From the IMG/VR virus record IMGVR_UViG_3300030330_000641, positions 1-48,102 of that record: a stretch of 48,102 nucleotides of DNA; one strand, written 5' to 3'. The notes beneath the pieces are model-generated. The model saw nothing but the letters and a program-made list of their open reading frames with translations, searched no databases and was not told the origin of the DNA. A program made the position numbers and the translations under genes. Of this stretch, positions 29,538 to 38,389 are shown in pieces. Source of the DNA: a virus (Duplodnaviria > Caudoviricetes). Within the stretch, counting starts at the first letter, position 1. Every line of letters starts with the position of its first letter.

Positions 29538-30652
29538 TAGACTGCAAACATGTAATTTTTACGGTTAAGCAAATCGGTTCTCATTCTTTGTAAGCCAAAA
29601 CTATACTCTTGTAAGTATATTTGTGCTAGTTGTGGGTCAGAACGTGTAAGTAAAGTATAGTAAGCTGCCCTTTTTACTATAAGGTCGTGGTAACGAGTTG
29701 GTAAGCTAGGCGTATCGCTTGAACCAGATAAATCTGTAGGGGCAGTATAATAATCATACTCCACTGTATAAGAACTTTTATCTGGAACAGGTGATACCCC
29801 AAACGTAAGTGCTGTAGCAGAACTAGTGGTCCTGTATACACACTCAGGTTCTGAAAAATGATCTGGATTTTGGTGTTTGTCAGTATTAGCGACACGTTGT
29901 CTCCACTCATCCTCATTTAAATATTTTAAACTTTTAGGATGAAAATTTTCTTTTACGCTTACGTTATCTACAAGTACTGTGGAAGATGCTGTAGAATTTT
30001 TTATTGTTAAAAAGTGTTGTGTAGCAGATGCGTCAAAAGTAAAATTGTGATAACTTAAATCACCTTCATCATTTGATCCACCTGCAGATGTATATGTTCC
30101 TGTTGCTACATCAGTAGCTAGTGCACTTGTGCCTACAGAAACGTCTAAACTAGGGCTAACGGCTGTTCCAGATTCACTAGCATTTTTCATAGCAAATGAT
30201 ACCATGTATTGCCTACCCCTAGTTAAAGAAACCGCTTGATAAACTGCGGATGTTCCTGAACCTGCCGCTAAAGATAGTGCATCAGTAGAATGTGTTGCTG
30301 AACCAGTGCCAGAATTAGATGTAGTCCAACTATTTATATTGCTATCATATGTACCATTAGTTATAAGTTCTGTAGGTAATAAAATAAAACTATCCCAGTC
30401 TATTGTATTAGCATCTGTTGGTGCTGTATATTCCGATATACCTGCTGTTAATGCAGATGTGCCTGAAGCTATTAAGTAAGACCACTCTACCTCAGAAGTA
30501 GCGATATCTCTTATAGATTTGTTTATGTTTTCTTTTACTGTATTTTGTATACCTACAGTAGCTGCTGCCGAAGATAAGTCTGCAGAAGTAGAAAGCTCAG
30601 GTTCGTTTAATTCTACTAATACTTTATTTACTAATGAAAGAAATGATGCCAT
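29537..30652 (-). CDS. Head-tail adaptor / tail tubular protein A-like, with an inserted carbohydrate-binding-like domain
   Basis: FLSLVNKVLVELNE N-terminus, and C-terminal PVPDKSSYTVEYDYY...DTPSLPTRYHDLIVKRA. Insert runs ELITNGTYD...LVDNVSVKE. Confidence 0.75.
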   Translation of the reverse strand: MASFLSLVNKVLVELNEPELSTSADLSSAAATVGIQNTVKENINKSIRDIATSEVEWSYLIASGTSALTAGISEYTAPTDANTIDWDSFILLPTELITNGTYDSNINSWTTSNSGTGSATHSTDALSLAAGSGTSAVYQAVSLTRGRQYMVSFAMKNASESGTAVSPSLDVSVGTSALATDVATGTYTSAGGSNDEGDLSYHNFTFDASATQHFLTIKNSTASSTVLVDNVSVKENFHPKSLKYLNEDEWRQRVANTDKHQNPDHFSEPECVYRTTSSATALTFGVSPVPDKSSYTVEYDYYTAPTDLSGSSDTPSLPTRYHDLIVKRAAYYTLLTRSDPQLAQIYLQEYSFGLQRMRTDLLNRKNYMFAV

Positions 30653-30659
30653 GTTTTGC

Positions 30660-31001
30660 CTACGTTGTTAATGGATTATAAATTAATTCTACACCTACTA
30701 CTGCGTGTATTGTATTTGCTGTTCCTGCAGTAACTGTTACTTTATCTCCTGCTTCTAATACTAAAGTTATATCTATCCAGTTTATAAAACCTTCTCCTGT
30801 TATAGATGTTGCACCTGATAAAGCATAGTATGTAGTAGCAGATAAATCGTAGTATTCTATCTTAGCTGTCTTGTTTGATGCATTTACATTTGCTACGTTT
30901 ATAAATTTTACTACACCTTTAAAATTAGTAGGGCACTCAAATACATCTGTTCTATTTGTATCAGATGGTGCTGCACCTGCAGTAATAAACGTATTGTTCA
31001 T
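30660..31001 (-). CDS. Small beta-rich structural protein (113 aa)
   Basis: VFECP...INVANV...LVLEAGDKVTVTA pattern. Located in the structural operon. Confidence 0.6.
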   Translation of the reverse strand: MNNTFITAGAAPSDTNRTDVFECPTNFKGVVKFINVANVNASNKTAKIEYYDLSATTYYALSGATSITGEGFINWIDITLVLEAGDKVTVTAGTANTIHAVVGVELIYNPLTT

Positions 31002-31002
31002 T

Positions 31003-31140
31003 TTAATCGTTTGATTTTTTAGTTTCGATTGAAATTATTACTTCTTGCTCTTTAGGTATATCTGCAGATATATTAATTGCACTTGCTGCACATCCTGTAA
31101 TTGTAAAACCTAATAAAGCTATTATAAATATGTTTTTCAT
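31003..31140 (-). CDS. 45-aa predicted lipoprotein (not in ORF track)
   Basis: MKNIFIIALLGFTITG|CAASAINISADIPKEQEVIISIETKKSND. Has a basic N-terminus, hydrophobic core, lipobox ITGC and AGGA RBS. Confidence 0.75.
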   Translation of the reverse strand: MKNIFIIALLGFTITGCAASAINISADIPKEQEVIISIETKKSND

Positions 31141-31151
31141 TGTATATCCTA

Positions 31152-31180
31152 TAAAAAGTGGGGAGAATTAACCCCCCACC
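31152..31180 (-). terminator. Intrinsic terminator after the capsid and decoration genes
   Basis: GGTGGGGGG-TTAATT-CTCCCCAC-TTTTT on the minus strand, just downstream of the stop codon at 31192. Confidence 0.8.
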
Positions 31181-31191
31181 TTAGTTGATTG

Positions 31192-31638
31192 TTAAGCGTA
31201 TGTATCGCCTGTAGCGTCATCACCGACTGGACCTTCACAGTCAGCCATTAAAGCCCATACTCGAACTTTAGAGTTAACGTCTGCAGTAGCAACAGTCACA
31301 TCAAGTGTGTCTGCAGCAGGATAAGATACAAACATTTCTGCAACAGCATCACCAGAAGTCATAGCACCTGCAGAAGTTTGAACAGCAGCAGCAACATAAG
31401 TTACTGTACCATCTCCTAATGCAAGTGTACCTGTTCCAGTACCTGCTGTTATTTTATCAATGCCTGCATTTAATACCACTGAATTAGCAGGGACATTAAT
31501 TGCTTGGTAAACATCACCACTTGTTAAAGCAGTTGATGTTCCATCAATAACAGTTGTTTGTACATAAACTTTAGCAACAGCATTACCTGCAACGTGACCT
31601 GTAGTGCCTGTACCGCCTGTTTTAGTTAAAGTAGCCAT
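31192..31638 (-). CDS. Probable capsid decoration / minor head protein (148 aa)
   Basis: Directly follows the capsid gene within the same terminator-bounded unit. Strong AGGAGG RBS. T/A/G/V-rich beta protein. Confidence 0.6.
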   Translation of the reverse strand: MATLTKTGGTGTTGHVAGNAVAKVYVQTTVIDGTSTALTSGDVYQAINVPANSVVLNAGIDKITAGTGTGTLALGDGTVTYVAAAVQTSAGAMTSGDAVAEMFVSYPAADTLDVTVATADVNSKVRVWALMADCEGPVGDDATGDTYA

Positions 31639-31652
31639 TAGTTATCCTCCTT

Positions 31653-32564
31653 CTAATCTATTTTAACGAAGGCTTTTGCAATGGATTCAGTTCTTAAAAC
31701 TTTTCTTCCATATACATGTAAGCCTCGAACAATGTCAGCGAAAGATTCAGTGTCTCTTACAACTTCTGTTTTAGCAATTTGTGAAGCAGTAGATACACCG
31801 CCTTGGTGTCCTGCTAACACTTGATAAACGTCAGAAGTACTAGCAGCAGGCATATTGTTTGACTTATAAAGTCTAAAGCCATTTACTAGCTGAGGAACTA
31901 CTAAACCATTTCTTAATTGAGAACTACCTTCATTTAAGAAGTTAGCATCAACTAATTTTGAGCTTGTTTGTGATAGTTGTTCAAAGAAAATCGGAGCAGC
32001 TACAGCCCAACGGTTGTCCGTAGGAACGTTTCCGTCATCTAGTAATCTTCCTAGACGAGCAAGTACGTTAATAGGATCAACTTCATCGGTATCAAAACCA
32101 GTGTCGATTGAGTTTGTTGCATGATCCGCACCAAATGTATTACCTGAAGTAACACTTGAAGCGATATTTGAAAGAACCTCTGCATCATAGCTGTCTTTAA
32201 GTGCATATGCACCTGCTGACGTTGCTAATGTTTCAAAATTAACATGTCCTTGTCTTTCTTCAATGTCGTCTACTTTAAAAGCAAATGCGTTAGCTTTATC
32301 AATAGTTAATTGAATTTCATCATCTGCTAGGTCTTGCGTATTAACTGCAGCACCTCTAGAGTATGAAGAGACAGAGATTGTTGGTTCTTTTATTATTCTT
32401 ACAGTATCGCCAAAGTTTTCAATTTCTCCTGTATAGTCAGTGTTGGTAATATCCTCAACAACTGAAGCTTTACGGAAGAATTTAAGAACTTTTTGACTGT
32501 AAATTTCAGGTAAAAAATTACCTGAAGGCAGATTAGTATAACCTGCTGAACTTGAGATAGCCAT
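31653..32564 (-). CDS. Major capsid protein (303 aa)
   Basis: FLPEIYSQKVL, DYTGEIENFGDTVRI, FAFKVDDIE, FADIVRGLHVYGRKVLR. Follows the scaffold gene. Confidence 0.9.
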   Translation of the reverse strand: MAISSSAGYTNLPSGNFLPEIYSQKVLKFFRKASVVEDITNTDYTGEIENFGDTVRIIKEPTISVSSYSRGAAVNTQDLADDEIQLTIDKANAFAFKVDDIEERQGHVNFETLATSAGAYALKDSYDAEVLSNIASSVTSGNTFGADHATNSIDTGFDTDEVDPINVLARLGRLLDDGNVPTDNRWAVAAPIFFEQLSQTSSKLVDANFLNEGSSQLRNGLVVPQLVNGFRLYKSNNMPAASTSDVYQVLAGHQGGVSTASQIAKTEVVRDTESFADIVRGLHVYGRKVLRTESIAKAFVKID

Positions 32565-32597
32565 AATCTATATCCTTGTTAGTTAAAAGTTAATAAA

Positions 32598-33434
32598 CTA
32601 ACGGATTCTGCCCTCTCTTCTTGCTAAGTCGATTTCTTTTTCGTACTTTTCAAATTCGTGAGGTTTCATCCGTCTGATTTCCTCAGAAGTCCACTCTTTC
32701 TTGCCTTTACTAGGTTCCGTTTTCTTTTTAGTTGGAACGTATTCAGCAGCAGAAGTGTCTTTCCGTTTTGATGTACGATTAATACCTTTATCAGCTTTAT
32801 ATAAGTCTAGTACTCTAGAAGCCCATTTTGCATCTGTGTTATTCTTAAGAACTCCATCTGCAATAGATGGTGGTTGTTCTTCTAGCCAGTTAATAAAATC
32901 TTCATCTGATTTAATAGTCATAAAGTCTGGATGTAATCTTAAAAGTTCTTGTTCAGCTTTTTGTTTAGTTAGCTGTACTCTTTCTTTTTTAAGTTCTTCA
33001 ACTTCTGACTGCAGAGATTTAGTTTTATTATCTGCTTGAGAATATGCCACCGTTTCTATAACGTTGTAAACATCTGGATATTCCTTCTTAAACTTTTCTA
33101 GTTCTTCAGGAGTTTTAGGTGGTTTATAATTAATTCCACCGCCTGATGCTTGTTTTGCTAAATCTAAAAGTTCTTTTTCTTTTCCTTTAAACTCTTCTAT
33201 TTTAGCGTCATAGTGTCTTTTTAAATCATCATACCTTTTTTTATAATCATGTTCAGGTTCTGTTGATTCGGTCTTCTCTACAAAACTGTCTGTTTTTGCC
33301 TGCGGAGTAGCCTCTTGCTGAATATCTTCTTCTGTGGTGTCCGCTTCTGGTTCATCTTCTAGTTTTTGCCTGTAAGCTCCTTGATATGGAACTGGTTCTA
33401 GGTCTTCTTTTTCTTTTTGGTTTTCTTCGTTCAT
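32598..33434 (-). CDS. Capsid scaffolding protein (278 aa)
   Basis: Acidic N-terminus, YKKRYDDLKRH coiled coil, C-terminal EIDLARREGRIR. Immediately upstream of the capsid gene. Confidence 0.8.
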   Translation of the reverse strand: MNEENQKEKEDLEPVPYQGAYRQKLEDEPEADTTEEDIQQEATPQAKTDSFVEKTESTEPEHDYKKRYDDLKRHYDAKIEEFKGKEKELLDLAKQASGGGINYKPPKTPEELEKFKKEYPDVYNVIETVAYSQADNKTKSLQSEVEELKKERVQLTKQKAEQELLRLHPDFMTIKSDEDFINWLEEQPPSIADGVLKNNTDAKWASRVLDLYKADKGINRTSKRKDTSAAEYVPTKKKTEPSKGKKEWTSEEIRRMKPHEFEKYEKEIDLARREGRIR

Positions 33435-33444
33435 CTGTACCTCA

Positions 33445-33515
33445 ATGGGGGCTGTTGCTGCAGGTAGCCCATATTAGTTATTAAAGAGACAGGGTTGCTT
33501 TCGCAAGTAGCTGTC
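33445..33515 (-). promoter_or_regulatory. Tandem RNA hairpins with an identical CUAC/CC internal loop in the scaffold 5' UTR
   Basis: GACAG-CTAC-TTGC-GAAA-GCAA-CC-CTGTC and ATGGG-CTAC-CTG-CAGCAA-CAG-CC-CCCAT. The second abuts the GAGG RBS. Confidence 0.75.
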
Positions 33516-33517
33516 GA

Positions 33518-36247
33518 TTAGGTGTTGGGTCTTTCACCAACTGACATAAGACCCCTGTTGTTCATAGTTTCTAGAACATTGGAGCCTATATATTCTGTTA
33601 ATTTTTTAGGTATAATGTATTCACCGTTGTGTACATTAACTGGTACTTTACCACCAGATTTAAGATTTGTGCCTGCTTCGTTAGCTGCTCTTTGAACCAT
33701 TCTGTTTATAGTGTCTTCACCATAAAGGGCTACTGCAGGCTGAGAAAGTACAAAATCTCCCTCTTTTAAAGTCATTGGAACATCATCTGCTCTTGCAGAC
33801 GGTGGAGCTTTGCCTTCTTTATCGACAAGTCCGTAATTCTTTGTTTGGTTACTATTATACAACACTTTTGAAGTTTTGTCAAGAATTTTTCCGCCATCTT
33901 GCATAAAAGTAAAATTACTCATATCAAAACCAAATTTTTGAGTGTCTGCTTGTATTTCTTCTGCAGATTTTACTACTCCTGTATAATGTGTTAAATCTGT
34001 AATTTTGTTTTCAGCAATATATGCTAAATCAGCGTACAAAGATTCATACATAGCTTCTAAACCTTCTTTTGTAGGTTGAAAAAATCTACGATAAACTCTA
34101 CCACCATCCTGTGTGGATTGATCCTTACCGTTATAGTAGTCTGGTCTATTTAAAAGCATTTCTCTAGCAGATAAACCTTCTTGATCTACATTACCTATAG
34201 TATAATATACTCCTGCACCTTTTTTACCTTGGGAGTAGTGTATTTGTAAATCACCTTTAAAATTAAAACCTGTTGTTTTTTCTAACTCTTGCATATAAGG
34301 TATCATAGGAGATAATAACTTTTTAGAAAATTCTACGTTAGATGGGTTTGCTTTACTAGGATCATAATCTCCCTGTGAATAGGTGTTCATTTTAAACTCA
34401 TCAAAATCAAATGAAGCGTAACCTGATTTATATGAGGGTTTAGATGCTGTTAAAAATTGTAAAGCCATTGCTGCAATACCTAATATGGGGTTTACAGAAA
34501 ACATGTAAGATGTTGCTCCTGATATAGCTGCTTGTTCTACATCTCCAGTTCTTAAAAATGATACTACTGCAGCTATTGCTGCTGCACCTACTGCACCTTG
34601 AGCATCGGCTGCAGTTTCAAAACCAGGAAGTTTTTCAACACCTAGAAATGAACCCAACTGTTCAGCACCATATTCTGTAATTAAATGTTGTACACCTGCA
34701 GTAAGAGCAGCCTCCTCATCACCGCCTAAAGCTAGTACACCTGCTATAGAAGCTGCAGCACCACCAAAACCTCTCCATCTTGTAGCAGTAGCTTCGGCAG
34801 CAGCATCGGCAGCCGTTTGACCTCCTCCTGCGTTTATTATAGCTTTACTAGCAGCTTCTCCTGCCTTTAAAGCATAAGACTCTATAACTTCAGTCTTAAT
34901 AAACTGTGTACCACCTGCAATAGCAGCCTTTCCTGCATCGCCAGTAGCTACACCTACTAATAGTGCTGCAGTAAATTCATCATATAAGTCTCTTAGTGTT
35001 ACATTGTATGTGCCATCTTGCAGAGTAAATAAGTGTTTGTCTCCTAATTTTGCTATAGCTTCTTTTATATTATCAAAAGCAGAATTTTCTGCTCCATAAT
35101 AAATATCTAAATTTGCATCTAAAGTATTATGTGGAGGATATTTTTTAGGATCACTCATTATTTCTTCAGCTACAGTTCTAGGAACACCTCTTTCTACATA
35201 ATCTGCTACACCACCATAATAAATATCTAAATTTGCATCTAATGTATTACTTTCAGGATATATGTTTCTATTATTTGTAAAAGTATCAGATACTGTTTTA
35301 GAAATACCCCTATCTTGATAAAGGTATGTTTCAGCTTTAGCACCCTCTCCTACCATTACGTCACTTAAAGTTCCTAAAGTTGTTAATGTAGCTAGTTCAC
35401 TTTCACTTAAACCTGAATCTGTAGGAAGATTTATTGCATTAGAGTCACTAGTTAAATTGCTAGTATCTGTATAATCTAATGTAGCTTTTTTACCAAAACC
35501 AAATAAATTTTCAAATGAATCAGATACTCTAGGGCTTACGTAACCTTCTGGTGGTCTGAAAGAGGATGTTTTTACTTTAGGTACATCTACAGGTTGAGTA
35601 TACTGCATAGTCCTTTGTTCAAAATTTGCACCACTTTCGCCAGGAGCAGGGTTTACAGAATAAAAACCTTGTGTTGTATCTACTGTATTTGCATTAGAAA
35701 TGTTATCTACAAAACCTGTAGGTTGTACTGTTTCTGTAGGTAAGACTGAAGATGTAAGGTTTGGTTGAGTTATGTTTTCTTTTACTTCTCCACCTTCTTG
35801 AAAACCAAAGTCTGCCATAAATCCAGGTGCCATTTGTTTTGCTGTAAAAAATGCAAAAGGGTTAGACCCTGCTACAGTTTTTTGATATGCAAGACCTAAT
35901 AATGGAGTATCAGCTATAGTTCTACTTGTTTCAGAAGCAACTTTATAAATGCCTTTTAATACTTCATCTACAGTTTGCCCTTCATATCTAACTTCTGGAT
36001 TTAACTTTTCTAATTCTTCTATCTTTGGTTTATTTATTTCTACTGGAATACTTTTTATATCTTCAGCTAAAGATTGATCTACCTCATGCATGCGTTCAAG
36101 AAACTGTTTATTATTACTAATTGAACGTAATACTTCTAAATTTGAAGGATCACCCCTACCTGCATAATTTGAAAAATCATTCATAAATGAAAAATCATCT
36201 CGAGGAGCTCTTACTACAATTTCGTCTATACCTCTAGGTTTTGTCAT
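33518..36247 (-). CDS. Large protein between portal and scaffold, with an A/G-rich hydrophobic middle and a duplicated C-terminal GE/GD module (909 aa)
   Basis: A/G-rich hydrophobic helices at about aa 415-600. ADDVPMTLKEGDFVL and VPVNVHNGEYII modules. FQEGG, MQDGG and LKSGG motifs. Confidence 0.7.
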   Translation of the reverse strand: MTKPRGIDEIVVRAPRDDFSFMNDFSNYAGRGDPSNLEVLRSISNNKQFLERMHEVDQSLAEDIKSIPVEINKPKIEELEKLNPEVRYEGQTVDEVLKGIYKVASETSRTIADTPLLGLAYQKTVAGSNPFAFFTAKQMAPGFMADFGFQEGGEVKENITQPNLTSSVLPTETVQPTGFVDNISNANTVDTTQGFYSVNPAPGESGANFEQRTMQYTQPVDVPKVKTSSFRPPEGYVSPRVSDSFENLFGFGKKATLDYTDTSNLTSDSNAINLPTDSGLSESELATLTTLGTLSDVMVGEGAKAETYLYQDRGISKTVSDTFTNNRNIYPESNTLDANLDIYYGGVADYVERGVPRTVAEEIMSDPKKYPPHNTLDANLDIYYGAENSAFDNIKEAIAKLGDKHLFTLQDGTYNVTLRDLYDEFTAALLVGVATGDAGKAAIAGGTQFIKTEVIESYALKAGEAASKAIINAGGGQTAADAAAEATATRWRGFGGAAASIAGVLALGGDEEAALTAGVQHLITEYGAEQLGSFLGVEKLPGFETAADAQGAVGAAAIAAVVSFLRTGDVEQAAISGATSYMFSVNPILGIAAMALQFLTASKPSYKSGYASFDFDEFKMNTYSQGDYDPSKANPSNVEFSKKLLSPMIPYMQELEKTTGFNFKGDLQIHYSQGKKGAGVYYTIGNVDQEGLSAREMLLNRPDYYNGKDQSTQDGGRVYRRFFQPTKEGLEAMYESLYADLAYIAENKITDLTHYTGVVKSAEEIQADTQKFGFDMSNFTFMQDGGKILDKTSKVLYNSNQTKNYGLVDKEGKAPPSARADDVPMTLKEGDFVLSQPAVALYGEDTINRMVQRAANEAGTNLKSGGKVPVNVHNGEYIIPKKLTEYIGSNVLETMNNRGLMSVGERPNT
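35094..35249. repeat. 36-bp direct repeat (1 mismatch), 120-bp period, encoding NTLDANLDIYYG twice
   Basis: CCATAATAAATATCTAAATTTGCATCTAA(A/T)GTATTA at 35094-35129 and 35214-35249. Confidence 0.9.
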
Positions 36248-36464
36248 CCCTTTTAGCTTCCGCCCTCACCCTGTCCTGTAATTGGAGTAACATTCCCAGT
36301 AAAGCCGCCTTCCCCTGGAGTTGGCGTAGTTCCTGTTCCGATTGTGCCACCACCAACGCCTGATGGGTCAGCAGGATTTGCTCCTGCAGGAACTCCTTGA
36401 GGGGCTCCCATGTTTGGTTGTTGTTCACTAGGGGCAGTAGTCTCTTCGCCAGTTGTTTGTCCAT
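36234..36464 (-). CDS. 76-aa helical protein overlapping the portal 3' end
   Basis: AAGGA RBS. ELRQLQGKAALLGMLLQL is typical of small post-portal proteins. Its stop overlaps the start of the next gene. Confidence 0.65.
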   Translation of the reverse strand: MDKQLAKRLLPLVNNNQTWEPLKEFLQEQILLTHQALVVAQSEQELRQLQGKAALLGMLLQLQDRVRAEAKRDDKT

Positions 36465-38388
36465 TGTTCAATCCTTTCAGCATTTCAGCAAATATTTGTG
36501 CTTCATTCATGTCATTAACTAGTTCGTCAGGGTCCATGTCCTGAGCTATAGCTAACTCTTTAATCAACGTAGGTAATTTAACAAAAGGAGCAAGCATAGG
36601 ATTAGTTACTGTTTGTAGTAACATTGTTAATCTTTGCGATCTTACTTCTTTCATCATTACAGACGATGTACCTTTAGGCTTGATCTCCAAATCACCCATT
36701 ATGTCTTCTTCATCCTCTGAAAACTGCATATTCCACATAAACATACTTTCTCCTAGAGGTCTTAGAAGATGGTCATCTATATTTTTAATTACGGTTTTAA
36801 TACCTAAAGAGGCAGAACCCATTAACATAGATAATCCTGATGCAGTACGACCAGTGCCAGTCACGCCTGTTTGTCCATGACTTATACTTGGTATACCTGT
36901 TTCTTCGTCAGCAAGTTGTCTTGCCTTATCATACATTTGTAAATTTTCTACAGCAGTGCTCGGAAACTTAATTCCTGTAATACCTGTACCAGGAGCACCT
37001 GACTGTCTTCTAAATATCTTTCCAGGGTATATATCCATAGACTGCCCTGGAACCATCATGTTTTCATCTACTTCAAAAATAAGATTACCTGCTAATGCTA
37101 AATTATCAATAGCCATACGTACATGTCCATTCATAAGAAGCTGTGCATCCTCCATATTTTCAGCTACACCTATACCAAAAAATCTATATGGGTTTTTTTC
37201 GTAAGGCACAACTTGATATGGTAATCTTTCTGGTACAAATGGGTTGAGAACTACTCTTAGTATCTCATTACCACAAATCCAAGCATTAATATGCACTTGA
37301 TCTAGGTCAGATGTAGATTCTGGTATGTCTAATTGTATTTCTTTAGCCATTTTAGCATCTAAAACACCCCAATATTCTAATACTTCATAACGACCTTCAC
37401 TGTATGTAGGATCATTATCTGCATATAAATCATGCTCAAAATACCTTTCTTCGTATTGTGTGCCCATATATAGTGATGCTTCTATAGCATCTTTATCAAA
37501 AAATGGTCTATTAGCAAGGTCACGTAGCTGTGATCTGTTCATTCTATGACGTTCTACTACATATTCTGCATCATCTAGGCTTACAGCAGAAGGGTCAGGA
37601 TATAAATCCCAACAAGAAACAGCATTTAATCTAGGCACTAACTTGTCTTGTGGGTCATAGAATCTAGTACCATCATCATCTTTAGACCATTTGTGTATTA
37701 CTTTGTTGTGGTTAAAGGGTCCTTTAACAATACCTGTACCTAACAAACACTGTTCAAAGATACCTTTTCTGAGTTCGGAAACTGCTGAAGCATCTAGTAA
37801 TTGGTCATGGATTAGTTTCTCCATTTTACGAGCTGCTTCCTTAGCAGGAGATAGCTGTGGTTCTCCTATGTTAGATGGTCCTGCAGCAAGATTAGCTTCA
37901 GCCATATCTTTTTCATATGGACCTAATTCTAATTCTTGTTGTTGTGGTTCTGTAGCTTCAAAAGCTCCTGCAGGTAAGTCTCTACCATCTCCTTCAAACC
38001 CATAAGGGTCTAGTCCTTGTTGTTGATCTAAAGGCGTTTCTAGGTGAACAAACTCTTCTATGCCTTCAGGCACAGGAGTAGGGTCTACAGAAATCGGAAC
38101 TTTACCATTAGAAAAAAGTATATCTACTAACTGTCCAAAAGCAGCAAGCACTTTTACTTTTGTTATTTTAACAGTAACTTTAGAACGTTCTGATTGCCTA
38201 TAGTCTTCACTATCTTCTGAAGTACCTCTATAGTTTTTGTAAGCACGTAACCAACGTTGTTCATCAGCCAAACGACCATCTTCTGCTTGTTTATACTTTG
38301 ATCTTATGTAGCCTGCTAAACCGACCATTTCCTCATCGGTAATGTCTTTTTGTTCGCCAGTGCCTATTAGTTCACCTATCTCAGCCAT
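36253..38388 (-). CDS. Portal (head-tail connector) protein (711 aa)
   Basis: WLRAYKNYRG, LLGTGIVKGP, WDLYPDP, YEVLEYWG, FFGIGVAENM, RMAIDNLALAGN, RTASGLSMLM, and a P/G/Q-rich tail. Confidence 0.9.
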   Translation of the reverse strand: MAEIGELIGTGEQKDITDEEMVGLAGYIRSKYKQAEDGRLADEQRWLRAYKNYRGTSEDSEDYRQSERSKVTVKITKVKVLAAFGQLVDILFSNGKVPISVDPTPVPEGIEEFVHLETPLDQQQGLDPYGFEGDGRDLPAGAFEATEPQQQELELGPYEKDMAEANLAAGPSNIGEPQLSPAKEAARKMEKLIHDQLLDASAVSELRKGIFEQCLLGTGIVKGPFNHNKVIHKWSKDDDGTRFYDPQDKLVPRLNAVSCWDLYPDPSAVSLDDAEYVVERHRMNRSQLRDLANRPFFDKDAIEASLYMGTQYEERYFEHDLYADNDPTYSEGRYEVLEYWGVLDAKMAKEIQLDIPESTSDLDQVHINAWICGNEILRVVLNPFVPERLPYQVVPYEKNPYRFFGIGVAENMEDAQLLMNGHVRMAIDNLALAGNLIFEVDENMMVPGQSMDIYPGKIFRRQSGAPGTGITGIKFPSTAVENLQMYDKARQLADEETGIPSISHGQTGVTGTGRTASGLSMLMGSASLGIKTVIKNIDDHLLRPLGESMFMWNMQFSEDEEDIMGDLEIKPKGTSSVMMKEVRSQRLTMLLQTVTNPMLAPFVKLPTLIKELAIAQDMDPDELVNDMNEAQIFAEMLKGLNNGQTTGEETTAPSEQQPNMGAPQGVPAGANPADPSGVGGGTIGTGTTPTPGEGGFTGNVTPITGQGEGGS

Positions 38389-38389
38389 T

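Noticed and set aside
35094-35249. 36-bp repeat pair as a mini-CRISPR
   Set aside because: Only two copies with an 84-bp gap, in frame within a CDS and not palindromic.
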